A program made the translations under genes and the position numbers. Of a stretch of 38,467 bases of DNA, positions 26,162 through 35,399 are shown piece after piece. The first letter of the stretch is position 1. Every line of letters starts with the position of its first letter. The notes beneath the pieces were generated by a model. The model was not told the origin of the DNA. It did no database searches and was given only the letters and a program-made list of their open reading frames with translations. The DNA is from an uncultured Rhodospirillaceae bacterium (GTDB lineage Bacteria > Pseudomonadota > Alphaproteobacteria > Rhodospirillales > UBA2165). The DNA lies in assembly GCA_964493945.1 (NCBI GenBank), contig CAZBQG010000001.1, forward strand, positions 24,815 through 63,281. The letters are read 5' to 3'.

Positions 26162-27660
26162 GCCGGGAAGAAAACACCATCAGCGGCAATCACGGCCTGG
26201 ATATGGAAGAGCCGCTCATCTTCGAACAAGACAGGCCGGGCGCATCTGGCGTCGACCTGCCCGACGCGGAGGTGGTGGAAAGCCGTTTGGGCGGCTGTGC
26301 GCGCCAGCGCGCCATCGGCCTGCCGGGCCTGTCCGAGCCCCAGGTCATGCGCCATTATCTGCGCATCAGCCGGAATAATTATTCGATCGATGCGGGCTTC
26401 TATCCCCTGGGTTCGTGCACCATGAAACATAATCCCAGGCTCAATGAAAAACTGGCCCGCCTTCCCGGTTTCGCCGATATCCATCCCCTGCAACCCACAT
26501 CCACCGTGCAAGGTGCTTTGGAACTGATGGCCCAAACCGCCCAGTGGCTGGGGGAGCTTACGGGCATGGCGGCGGTGGCGCTCTCGCCGGCGGCCGGCGC
26601 CCATGGCGAGCTTTGCGGCCTGATGGCCATCCGTGCCGCCCTCGAAGCCAGAGGCAATGCAAGGAGCGTCGTGCTGGTCCCCGAATCGGCCCATGGCACC
26701 AATCCGGCCAGCGCCCATATGTGCGGCTATGACATCGAATCCATTCCAGCCAACAACCGGGGCCGGGTGGATCTGGCCGCCCTCAAGAACCGGCTGGCGG
26801 GTGACGTGGCGGCCCTGATGATTACCAATCCCAACACCTGCGGCCTGTTCGAGGACGAGATCGTCGAAATGAGTAGGCTGATCCATGAGGCCGGCGGGCT
26901 GGTTTATTGTGACGGCGCCAATTTCAACGCCATCGTCGGGCGCGTCAGGCCCGGCGATCTGGGCATCGACAGCATGCATTTGAACCTGCACAAGACCTTT
27001 TCCACGCCCCATGGCGGTGGCGGCCCGGGCAGCGGCCCGGTGGTTCTGTCGGAAAGCCTGGCACCCTTCGCACCGCTCCCCTATCTGAAGCGCGATGGAG
27101 AGGATTGGCAGTTGGTGGAACATGAAGGAGAAGACGGCGCGCATCCGTTTGGGCGGATGAAGGGATTTCACGGCCAATTCGCCGTCTTCGTCCGCGCCCT
27201 TGCTTATATGATGAGCATGGGCGGCGATGGTCTGGCCCAGGTGTCGGCGGACGCCGTACTCAATGCCAATTATCTGCTGGCCCGCTTAAGCGATGTGCTC
27301 AGCCCGTCTTATGATGGGCCCTGCATGCATGAGACGCTCTTCGATGACCGCTTCCTGGCCGGCAGCGAGATCACCACATTGGATTTCGCCAAGGCCATGA
27401 TCGATGAAGGTGTCCATCCCATGACCATGTATTTCCCCTTGGTGGTGCATGGCGCGTTGCTTATTGAGCCAACCGAAACCGAAGGCAAGGAAAGCCTGGA
27501 TTTGTTCGTCGATCTGATGCGCGGTCTGGCGGAAAAGGCCAAATCGGAGAATGCCGCCGAATTCAAGGAAGCGCCCCGCTTCACGCCCCGTCGCCGGTTG
27601 GATGAAACCCGGGCGGCGCGCCAGCCGGTCTTGCGCTGGACCCCGCCGGAAACGGCTTAA
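26158..27660 (+). CDS. gcvPB: Glycine dehydrogenase (aminomethyl-transferring) subunit 2
   Basis: 500 aa, with a 4-bp overlap onto gcvPA. The PLP-lysine region is [18 protein letters not shown]. Confidence 0.95.
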   Translation: MSREENTISGNHGLDMEEPLIFEQDRPGASGVDLPDAEVVESRLGGCARQRAIGLPGLSEPQVMRHYLRISRNNYSIDAGFYPLGSCTMKHNPRLNEKLARLPGFADIHPLQPTSTVQGALELMAQTAQWLGELTGMAAVALSPAAGAHGELCGLMAIRAALEARGNARSVVLVPESAHGTNPASAHMCGYDIESIPANNRGRVDLAALKNRLAGDVAALMITNPNTCGLFEDEIVEMSRLIHEAGGLVYCDGANFNAIVGRVRPGDLGIDSMHLNLHKTFSTPHGGGGPGSGPVVLSESLAPFAPLPYLKRDGEDWQLVEHEGEDGAHPFGRMKGFHGQFAVFVRALAYMMSMGGDGLAQVSADAVLNANYLLARLSDVLSPSYDGPCMHETLFDDRFLAGSEITTLDFAKAMIDEGVHPMTMYFPLVVHGALLIEPTETEGKESLDLFVDLMRGLAEKAKSENAAEFKEAPRFTPRRRLDETRAARQPVLRWTPPETA

Positions 27661-27664
27661 AAAA

Positions 27665-28015
27665 TTACAAAAAGTTATCGTCGTCGCTGGAAAACAGCTT
27701 GGCCGCATAGGACAATTCGGAACGCAGGCCCTGGCGTTTGAGCAGCTTCATCTGGGCGCCTTCGTGCAGTTCGGTGAAATTGATCACGCCTTTTCCGATC
27801 AGCAGATCGACCAAATCCTCCGTCACACGGGCGAGGGCCAGATCGGCCTCCATCCATTCGTTGGGCTGGTTCCCAGCCGCGGCACCACCGCCCAGGAAAT
27901 TAACGATATCGGGATGATCGGGGAGCAACATTTCGATGGCCGTGGCATCCTCTTGGCTGAGAACGGCCTCCACATTGCCTTCCACGTCATGCCTGACAAA
28001 GGGAATATCCCGCAC
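27665..28015 (-). CDS. Hypothetical small acidic protein (start uncertain)
   Basis: 116-aa ORF with GC3-biased codons, 55 bp downstream of the vWA-like membrane gene on the same strand. The ORF-track start is a GTG with GGGA immediately adjacent, which is too close for an SD. An alternative GTG (GGAAGG-N4-GTG) lies 14 codons in. No family recognised. Confidence 0.55.
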   Translation of the reverse strand: MRDIPFVRHDVEGNVEAVLSQEDATAIEMLLPDHPDIVNFLGGGAAAGNQPNEWMEADLALARVTEDLVDLLIGKGVINFTELHEGAQMKLLKRQGLRSELSYAAKLFSSDDDNFL

Positions 28016-28070
28016 TCCCTATATTCTACAGTCCGGGCAGTGTAGCTCAATCCGCTGCGCCGCGAAATCC

Positions 28071-30158
28071 CTAACGCCCTTCGCGCCACCAGCCCAGCAT
28101 CAACCCGCCGACGCCCAACAGCAAAAGCAGAAGGGGCGGCAGCAGGGAAACCTGGCTGACGCCTACCACCACATAGGCGCCGTTGCGCACCAGCCCGGCC
28201 CATTGATGGCCATGGGCACCCCGGCCCAGCTTGACCCGACGGAAATCGGGCAGCCCCTGGCTGATCCAGGAAACGGACCCGCCGGTGGTTTTGACCAAAG
28301 GCGCCAGGCGTTCCGGTGAAGCGCGGAGATCCATCAATTCGGGCGCGTTGAGCCGGCCCACCACGGCCAGGGCGGAATGGGCTCCGTCCCGCAGGCTGTA
28401 GAGCCCGTTTTCCTTGACCTCTATCTGGGCCCGGGCAAGCCCGCCGGCACCGGGCTTAAGCTTGACCACCTGTTCGGCACCCGAAGGGGCGCGCACGGTG
28501 ACCGGCGGATTGTCTGGCGACAGCGTGCGCCGCTCGATGCTCATGCGTTTGCCGCGTAGCTTGGCGCGCAAATCTTCTTCCTCCAGGTCCGGCTCCTTCA
28601 TCAGCCAATGGGACATGCGCCGCAGCAATTCGGCATGGGGCCCGCCCCCCTCATAGCCCCTGGCCCAAAGCCAGATATGATCGGTCATAAGCTGGGCGAC
28701 CCGGCCTTTTTCCACCCGGTCCAAAACTAATAAGGGCTTTTCCCCGCCGCCTGTCATCAGCACATGGCCGCGCCTGACATTGGTGTCGATCTGCCGGAAC
28801 CAACGGCCCCAGGCGGGTGGTTTTTTGTCTCTTGAAGGCGATAGCAAGGCAGTCACGGGATGGCGCGTTCCCTTACCGGTCAAGCCTGCCCGGTAGCCAC
28901 CTTCGGCCACCTTACCGGTGGGGGCGCCGGGCAGAACCGCGCCCAGCGGCGTGTGAAACAGGCTCCGTTCCCCGGCAAAATCGGGACCCACGGTGACCAG
29001 TATCGCGCCCCCCCGGCGCACATAATTTTCGATATTGGTGAAATAGGTTGGCGGCAGCAGAAAGCGGAACACATAGCGGTCAAAGATGATCAGATCAAAT
29101 TCATGCAATTTGATTTCGAACAGTTGGCGGATGGGAAAGGCGATGAGGGCCAATTCATTGAGCGGGGTGAAGTCGTTCTTGTCGGGCGGGCGCAAAATAG
29201 TGAAATGGACCAGATCCACCGAGGGATCGGATTTCAGCAAATTGCGCCAGATTCTTTCCCCGGCATGGGGTTGGCCCGAAATCAACAACACCCTCAGCCG
29301 GTCGCGCACTCCGTTGACCGTCAGCAGGGCCCGGTTGTTGGCCAGGGACATTTCGCCCTTTAAGGCCTCCACTTCCAGCTGAATGATGCTGGGCCCGCCA
29401 TGATCAATAGGCACCTGCACGGTTTTGGCGCGCCCGATGGGCATGGATATGGTGCGTGGCTTCCCTTCGCCCAATTTCAGCGTGAGCCTGGCCGAGCCGC
29501 CCGCCGGACCGGGCCGGTCATCGATGCGCAAGCGGAGCCCGACGCTTTTTCCGACAATTCCGAAGGCCGGCGCCTGTTCGACCACCAGGCGGCGGTCCTT
29601 TTCGTCGGGCCAGCCGGTGAGCATCACATGCAAGGGCGCGCCCCTGAATTTCTTGGCCTGGGCCGTCAGACCCTTGGATGGCGTATCCCGCGTACCGGGC
29701 GGCGGCGTATCGTGGATCTGGCCATCCGTGATCATCACCGCGCCGGCGAGGCGGCCTGCCGGAATATCGGCCAGAACCCGGTTCAGCTCCTCGAAGGCCT
29801 GGGTACCGTCCTCGTTCTCATTGGTTTCCAGGAAGATGCTTTCCAGGTCCTTGAATTCAGCCAGTTTTTTCCTGATCGCCTCAGTAGCCTGGCGGGATTG
29901 GGAGAGCCGCTGGCTTGTCTTCTGGCTGGAGCTGTTATCTACCATGACCACGGCCACATCGGGCCGGGCGTCGCGTTTTTCGTTTTCTAGCTGGGGATTT
30001 GCCAGGGCCAGGACAAGCACGGCCACGACGAACAGGCGCAACCCCGATCCCGGCGCCCAGCGCACCAGCCCGTATAAGGCGCCCAGGCCCGCCACGCCTC
30101 CCAGGGCGGCTATCAGCCACCAGGACACCAGGGGCGCAAACCCCAAGGCGGCGCTCAT
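28071..30158 (-). CDS. Membrane protein with vWA-like (MIDAS DxSxS) domain, last gene of the MoxR operon
   Basis: 695 aa. Two N-terminal TM segments are followed by VVMVDNSSSQ (DxSxS), a large soluble region and a C-terminal TM (LLPPLLLLLLGVGGLMLGWW). The ATGA overlap with the upstream gene indicates coupling. Confidence 0.75.
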   Translation of the reverse strand: MSAALGFAPLVSWWLIAALGGVAGLGALYGLVRWAPGSGLRLFVVAVLVLALANPQLENEKRDARPDVAVVMVDNSSSQKTSQRLSQSRQATEAIRKKLAEFKDLESIFLETNENEDGTQAFEELNRVLADIPAGRLAGAVMITDGQIHDTPPPGTRDTPSKGLTAQAKKFRGAPLHVMLTGWPDEKDRRLVVEQAPAFGIVGKSVGLRLRIDDRPGPAGGSARLTLKLGEGKPRTISMPIGRAKTVQVPIDHGGPSIIQLEVEALKGEMSLANNRALLTVNGVRDRLRVLLISGQPHAGERIWRNLLKSDPSVDLVHFTILRPPDKNDFTPLNELALIAFPIRQLFEIKLHEFDLIIFDRYVFRFLLPPTYFTNIENYVRRGGAILVTVGPDFAGERSLFHTPLGAVLPGAPTGKVAEGGYRAGLTGKGTRHPVTALLSPSRDKKPPAWGRWFRQIDTNVRRGHVLMTGGGEKPLLVLDRVEKGRVAQLMTDHIWLWARGYEGGGPHAELLRRMSHWLMKEPDLEEEDLRAKLRGKRMSIERRTLSPDNPPVTVRAPSGAEQVVKLKPGAGGLARAQIEVKENGLYSLRDGAHSALAVVGRLNAPELMDLRASPERLAPLVKTTGGSVSWISQGLPDFRRVKLGRGAHGHQWAGLVRNGAYVVVGVSQVSLLPPLLLLLLGVGGLMLGWWREGR

Positions 30159-32857
30159 TGGCCCAGCCTTTCCATGATTGCCGGCAGATGCACCTGATCG
30201 GTCTTGTAATTGCCGGTCAACACATACATCAACAGATTGATGCCGAAGCGATAGGCCAATTCCCGTTGCCGCTTTCCGCCCGGCACCACCGGATAAAGAG
30301 GGCGGTGGTCCTTATCCATGGCCCAGGCCCCGGCCCAGTCATGGGATCCGACGATAATCGATGAAACGCCGTCATTGACCCGCCGGGGGCGGCGCTCGAC
30401 CCAGACCCGCCCGCCGGTCCAACGCCCGGGAAATTCACGCAGCAGGTAATATGACCGGCCCAGCACATGATCGGCGGGAATGACCCGCAAGGGGGGGATA
30501 TCCAACCCGGCACCGATTTCGGCCAACCGTCCGCCCGAACCCCCACCCCCCTGGTCACGGGTATCGAACAAAATCGTGCCGCCCCGCTTTAGAAAATCAT
30601 TGATGCGCTTGGCCGCCGCCGCACCGATCACCGACGTATCATCCGTGATCGGCCAATAAATCAGCGAAAAGAAAGAAAGTTCGTCGCTCGCCGGATCCAC
30701 CGCGATGGGCTGGCCCATATCGGCGGCGGTGCGCTGATTGGCCATCAAGCCAAGGCCGGACAGTCCGGCCCGGGTGACCCGGTCGATCTCGTCATTACCC
30801 GTTTCCACATAGGCCAGATGCACCTTGAGGGTGGCCGTGAGAGAGGCTGCCGGACTTTTTTGCGCCATGGCGGGTGCTGCCAGGATCATTAAGCAAAGAA
30901 CCAGACCGGCGGCGCGAGCCGGCGTTGCAAACCGGAAAAAACCACGCAGCACAAAGCTCGCCCACATATCCGCTATTACCAGGAGAAGCGCCAGGGTGAA
31001 CAGCCAGGGCCTGAAATCCTCTTCGCTGGAAGCCTGATAAGGCAGCGGCTCCACCCCCACCGGCAGGCTGCTGAGAGCCGTGGGTGCCGCCAGGAAGGGA
31101 GCCAGATTATAGGCTCGTCTTGCCTCGCCCTGGCCATAAAAGCCGGGTGGATGGGCCGGGCCGGGGGCACGCGCCGTCAGGTCCCGGGCATTAAGCGCCG
31201 TGGCGCCGGGCATGGGCTTGACCAGACGGCCAAACCCGTCCACCGAGAAAAGCGGAGCCAGGGGCCTGGCATCCCCAACCCCGGTGACGCCACGCCCCAG
31301 GCGGATGAGCTGGCGCAACATCTGAACGAAGAGGCCCGAAAGGGGCAGATTTGACCAGGCAGGGCTGGCCGTGGTGTGGACCAGAACGAGCCATCCTTTT
31401 CCCCGCTTTTCGGCAGTCACCAGGGGTGTGCCGTCGGCCAGGCTGGCCCAGGTACGGTCCGGCAGGTCCGCCGTCGGGCGGGCAAGAACCTGGCGCCGGA
31501 TGCGCACATCGCCGGGAACTTTGAGCCCGCCGAAGGGGCTTTCGGCAGCGAAGGGTGCCAGGCGCTGAGGCTTTCGCCAGGAAAGGGCACCACCCAATTC
31601 CCGCCTGCCTTTGCGCAGACGCACGGGCAAAAGGGTGCTGCCCGACCTGGCCAGCCGGGGTCCGGCAAAACGCACAACCACGCCCCCCGCCGCCAGCCAT
31701 TTGCCGATGGTTCCTTCATCCCCTTTGTCCAGTTTGGCAAAATCGGCCATCACCAGCATGGCCAGTTCCCACTTCAGCAGATCGGCCAGCGGGCCGACGC
31801 GCACTTCGGTAAAGGGATCCAGGGCGCGGTCCAAATAATAAAGATCATCCAGCAAGGGCTGATCGCGCTTCCTCGCCGCATCACTGAGCAGACCCACGGG
31901 CCGGCGGCGCCAGCGTTCATCGACTAACAATGTAGCCCCTGCCGTGTTCTGATTTTCCACTTCGATACGGGTGATGCGGTTGCGCATTTCCACCGGCAGA
32001 TCGAGACGCAGCTTGGCCGTATCCTGCCCCGCCTTCCAGGAAAGCGTGCGCCGTGCGACCACCGTGCCGCCTTCGGTAACGGCGATCAGGCCCGCCCCCA
32101 ACCGGGTGGGGCGGGGAACCCGACGCACGCTTAAGCCCAGCCCCTTGCGGTCAGATTTGAGGGGCAAAAAAGCCACCGGCAATTTGGCTGCCGGATCGGC
32201 ATAAACACTCAAAGGGCCAAGTCCAGCGAGGCGGGCGGCGAATTCTCCCGCACCCTTTGCGTTCAATCCGTTGCTCAGCCAGATCACCTGGCCAACCTTT
32301 TCCAGTTGCAGTTTATCCAGGCCGCGCCCCGCCGCTTCCAAGGCTACCGGCCAGGGTTTGGGCGCCAGTGCCATCAGTTCTTCCAGCGCCTTGTCGGCCG
32401 CCAGAAGCGATCCCAGGGCGCGCTTTGCACTGACGGGCGTCGGCGCCGTAGTGACGATGGCCACCGGGCGGCCGTCGCGCTTGGCTTGCGCCATGAGATC
32501 GGTGAACAGGAGCTTGCGCTGAGCCCAGTCATGGGCCGCCGCCCATCCGTCATCGACGATGAGGATCAAGGCGCCACTGCCGGCGATGGGCTGGCGGGCA
32601 TTGATCACCGGATGGGCCGCGCCCAGGATGATGGCAATCAATAATGCGAGGCGCAATAAGATCAGCCAAAGAGGCGTCTTGGCCGTGCTTTCTTCCGGAT
32701 TGATCAGGCGCATGATCAGGCGGATGGCTGGAAAGCGCTGACGCCGGGGGGCCGGCGGGATAAGGCGCATCAGCCACCATAACAACGGCAGGGCCAACAG
32801 CCCGGCCAGGGCCAGGGGTGCCAGAAATCCAATGGGGCCCAGGGTGAACATGATCAA
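30155..32857 (-). CDS. BatA_N (N-terminal double-TM, TIGR02226-like) / DUF4159 domain membrane protein
   Basis: 900 aa. The N-terminus FLAPLALAGLLALPLLWWLMRLIPPAPRR is typical of the aerotolerance BatA N-terminal domain. An internal TM pair lies about two-thirds of the way along. The C-terminal block ...SFFSLIYWPITDD...GGTILFD...WAGAWA...FGINLLMYVLTGNYKTDQVH resembles DUF4159. Confidence 0.75.
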   Translation of the reverse strand: MIMFTLGPIGFLAPLALAGLLALPLLWWLMRLIPPAPRRQRFPAIRLIMRLINPEESTAKTPLWLILLRLALLIAIILGAAHPVINARQPIAGSGALILIVDDGWAAAHDWAQRKLLFTDLMAQAKRDGRPVAIVTTAPTPVSAKRALGSLLAADKALEELMALAPKPWPVALEAAGRGLDKLQLEKVGQVIWLSNGLNAKGAGEFAARLAGLGPLSVYADPAAKLPVAFLPLKSDRKGLGLSVRRVPRPTRLGAGLIAVTEGGTVVARRTLSWKAGQDTAKLRLDLPVEMRNRITRIEVENQNTAGATLLVDERWRRRPVGLLSDAARKRDQPLLDDLYYLDRALDPFTEVRVGPLADLLKWELAMLVMADFAKLDKGDEGTIGKWLAAGGVVVRFAGPRLARSGSTLLPVRLRKGRRELGGALSWRKPQRLAPFAAESPFGGLKVPGDVRIRRQVLARPTADLPDRTWASLADGTPLVTAEKRGKGWLVLVHTTASPAWSNLPLSGLFVQMLRQLIRLGRGVTGVGDARPLAPLFSVDGFGRLVKPMPGATALNARDLTARAPGPAHPPGFYGQGEARRAYNLAPFLAAPTALSSLPVGVEPLPYQASSEEDFRPWLFTLALLLVIADMWASFVLRGFFRFATPARAAGLVLCLMILAAPAMAQKSPAASLTATLKVHLAYVETGNDEIDRVTRAGLSGLGLMANQRTAADMGQPIAVDPASDELSFFSLIYWPITDDTSVIGAAAAKRINDFLKRGGTILFDTRDQGGGGSGGRLAEIGAGLDIPPLRVIPADHVLGRSYYLLREFPGRWTGGRVWVERRPRRVNDGVSSIIVGSHDWAGAWAMDKDHRPLYPVVPGGKRQRELAYRFGINLLMYVLTGNYKTDQVHLPAIMERLGQ

Positions 32858-33765
32858 TAAGCCTCCGGCCCGGCCAGGGCCACATAGAGACCCAATAGGG
32901 CCTGTTCGGGCGGTTGATCGGTGACATGCAAACCCAGACTCCAGCCCGCGGCCTGGGCCAAACTGCGAAGATCGTGCCGGTGGCCGGCCATTTCATCGCC
33001 ATATTGGCGCCGGATTCCTTCCACCTTGCCGATCAGGGCCGTGCCTTCTCTTTCCATCCCCTCAAACCGGGTGCGCCCCTTAAATGGAAGGGATTCCTCG
33101 GCCGGGTCCAACACCTGCAAAAGATGGCCCCCCACGCCACGGTCGGCAAAAATTCCGATGATCTTGTTGATCTCGGACAAAGGTTCGAGAAAATCGGAAA
33201 TCAGCACCAGCCGGCCATGGCGGGGCACCGGCTCATAGGGCGGCAGGCTGCCCGCCATGCTTTCGTCGGAATCCGGATCAGTGTCACGTTCCTCCATGGC
33301 AGCGGCCACCAGATTAAGCGCCATGCGCCCATGGCTGGGGCGCATATTGGCCCCCAGATAGGCCACCTGTTCGCCGCCTCTTACTAAAAGCGACGCCAAT
33401 GCCAAACTCAAAAGATCGGCCCGTTCCACCTTTTCCGGCAGGCCCCGGGAGGACCGGAAACGCATGGATGGGGAGGCATCGCTCCACAGCCAGACGCTTT
33501 GCGCCGCCTCCCATTCGGTTTCGCGCACATAGACCAGATCGGATTTGGCCGAGCGCCGCCAATCGATTTTTTGCATCGTGTCGCCCTGGTGATAGCGGCG
33601 GAACTGCCAGAAGGTTTCCCCCTGCCCCACCCGGCGCCGGCCATGCACGCCTTGCGACACGGTGGCCGCCACCCGGTCGGCGGCCACCATCAGAGGCGGC
33701 AGGCCGGCGGCCAGCACATTCGCCCGCTCATGAAGCCCCCCCAGACTCTCGGGTGATTTCGCCAA
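32854..33765 (-). CDS. DUF58 domain protein (MoxR-associated)
   Basis: 303 aa with a TTG start. The signature region is HGRRRVGQGETFWQFRRYHQGDTMQKIDWRRSAKSD. ATGA overlap with the downstream gene. Confidence 0.8.
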   Translation of the reverse strand: MAKSPESLGGLHERANVLAAGLPPLMVAADRVAATVSQGVHGRRRVGQGETFWQFRRYHQGDTMQKIDWRRSAKSDLVYVRETEWEAAQSVWLWSDASPSMRFRSSRGLPEKVERADLLSLALASLLVRGGEQVAYLGANMRPSHGRMALNLVAAAMEERDTDPDSDESMAGSLPPYEPVPRHGRLVLISDFLEPLSEINKIIGIFADRGVGGHLLQVLDPAEESLPFKGRTRFEGMEREGTALIGKVEGIRRQYGDEMAGHRHDLRSLAQAAGWSLGLHVTDQPPEQALLGLYVALAGPEAY

Positions 33766-33782
33766 TCTATCCGTCCGTCATA

Positions 33783-34802
33783 TCATACGATGCGGCTGCA
33801 CAATTTATCGATGATGCGCCCCAGCGTGATCCCTTCGGCGCGGGCCGCGAAATTAAGCGCCATGCGGTGGCGCAGCATGGGATGAGCCAGGGAGACGACG
33901 TCATCCAGCGACGGCGCCAGGCGCCCTTCAAGAACGGCCCTGGCCTTGACCCCCAGCATAAGCGCCTGACTGGCGCGGGGGCCCGGCCCCCAGGCCACAT
34001 GATCGCGCACCTCCTGGATGTCCGAGGTGTCCGGCCGCCCGGCGCGGACGAGATCGAGGATTGCCGTGATGATGGTCTCGCCTACCGGGATGAGGCGCAC
34101 CAGATGCTGCAATTCCATCAGCTCCTTGCCATCCATCTGCTTTGAGATGCCGGCCTCGCCGGCGCCGGTGGTGGCCGTCAGGATTTCACGCTCGGCGACC
34201 AATTGGGGGTAATCGATATCCACCTGCATGAGAAACCGGTCGAGCTGGGCTTCGGGCAGAGGATAGGTCCCTTCCTGTTCCAGGGGGTTCTGGGTGGCCA
34301 GCACATGGAAGGGCTGGGGCAGGTCGTGATAATGCCCGGCGATGGAAACGCGCTTTTCCTGCATGGCCTGGAGCAGGGCCGATTGGGTGCGCGGGCTGGC
34401 CCGGTTGATTTCATCGGCCATCAGCAATTGGCAGAAAACAGGACCCTTGATAAAGCGGAAGGAGCGGCGCCCGGCTTCGCTTTCTTCCAGCACTTCTGAT
34501 CCCAAAATATCGGCGGGCATCAGGTCGGGGGTGAACTGGACCCGGTGTTCCTCCAGGCCCAGCACCTGGCCGATGGTTTCCACCAGGCGGGTCTTGCCCA
34601 GGCCGGGAACGCCGATCAACAACACGTGACCCCCCGCCAACAGCGTGATAAGAGTTTCCTCTATGACCTTTTGCTGGCCGAAGATGACCCGGCCGATTTC
34701 CTTGCGCACCTCGGCCAGTTTGCCGTGGGCATTATCCAGTTTGGCGATCAGGTCCGACGGGTCTTGTGCCGATGGATTTGGAGATTGGGCGGCTTCGGTC
34801 AA
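33783..34802 (-). CDS. MoxR-family AAA+ ATPase
   Basis: 339 aa, TTG start with a GGAGG SD 8 nt upstream. It has Walker A LLIGVPGLGKT and Walker B LLMADEINRASPRTQSALLQAMQE, followed by ATQNPLEQEGTYPLPEAQLDRF. Confidence 0.9.
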   Translation of the reverse strand: MTEAAQSPNPSAQDPSDLIAKLDNAHGKLAEVRKEIGRVIFGQQKVIEETLITLLAGGHVLLIGVPGLGKTRLVETIGQVLGLEEHRVQFTPDLMPADILGSEVLEESEAGRRSFRFIKGPVFCQLLMADEINRASPRTQSALLQAMQEKRVSIAGHYHDLPQPFHVLATQNPLEQEGTYPLPEAQLDRFLMQVDIDYPQLVAEREILTATTGAGEAGISKQMDGKELMELQHLVRLIPVGETIITAILDLVRAGRPDTSDIQEVRDHVAWGPGPRASQALMLGVKARAVLEGRLAPSLDDVVSLAHPMLRHRMALNFAARAEGITLGRIIDKLCSRIV

Positions 34803-34820
34803 CGGGCAGTCCTCCGCTTG

Positions 34821-35399
34821 ATGATGGTCGAAAACATGGTGGATCCTCTTACTTCCCTTCTCCGGGAAAATACCGGAGACGATAATAACGTCCCCCCGGC
34901 CGAGGGCGGGCGCATTCTATGCGGCGAGCTTCCGATCCGCATCGACCGGGAAGGTCTATGGTTTTATCACGGGACACCCATCAACCGCCAGGAACTCGTC
35001 AAGCTTTTCGCTTCAGCCATGGAGCGTGATGACGAGGGCCGTTACTGGCTGATAACCCCGCAGGAGATGGGTGAAATTGAGGTGGAGGATGCGCCTTTCC
35101 TGGGTGTGGAACTGTTCGTGTCAGGCGAAGGCGAGGATCAGATTATTACGCTCCGCACCAACATGGATGACCGGGTTACCCTTGATCTGGGCCATGCTTT
35201 GCGCATAACAACCCATCCGGAAACAGGTGAGCCCCGCCCCTATGTGGAGGTTCGCCCCGGATTGGAAGCACGTCTCGTCCGGCCGGTCTATTACGAGTTG
35301 GTCGATCTTGGGGTGGAGACGCAGGTGGATGACAGGCCTATACTGGGAATATGGAGCAGCGGAATATACTTTCAGATCGGCAGGTTAGAGGAAGACTGA
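34821..35399 (+). CDS. DUF1285 domain protein
   Basis: The ORF-track ORF starts inside the MoxR gene. I use the first ATG after it (34821; 34824 and 34836 are also possible). The region IRIDREGLWFYHGTPINRQELVKLFASAMERDDEGRYWLITPQEMGEIEVEDAPF resembles DUF1285. Confidence 0.7.
   Translation: MMVENMVDPLTSLLRENTGDDNNVPPAEGGRILCGELPIRIDREGLWFYHGTPINRQELVKLFASAMERDDEGRYWLITPQEMGEIEVEDAPFLGVELFVSGEGEDQIITLRTNMDDRVTLDLGHALRITTHPETGEPRPYVEVRPGLEARLVRPVYYELVDLGVETQVDDRPILGIWSSGIYFQIGRLEED

Noticed and set aside
24416-27177. Long minus-strand ORFs (24416-25495, 359 aa; 26050-27177, 375 aa) opposite gcvH/gcvPA/gcvPB
   Set aside because: They are antisense to genes with diagnostic motifs (ESVKA, HKTF). 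The products are His/Gly/Arg/Ala-rich low-complexity sequences, classic GC-rich shadow frames.
28071-34802. Idea that the MoxR/DUF58/vWA operon is an anti-phage defence island
   Set aside because: There are no nucleases, methylases, integrases, neighbouring defence genes or mobility signatures. The flanks are housekeeping operons (gcv, cca). The architecture fits a conserved envelope-associated system instead.
34545-34820. 5' extensions of ORF-track ORFs (34545-34820 for DUF1285; also 2765-2800, 8956-9012, 10835-10912, 17200-17262, 5616-5657, 22606-22677)
   Set aside because: The extensions run into neighbouring genes or divergent control regions. Internal ATGs have good SDs and give N-termini (signal peptide, HTH, lipobox, family-typical starts) that fit the families.
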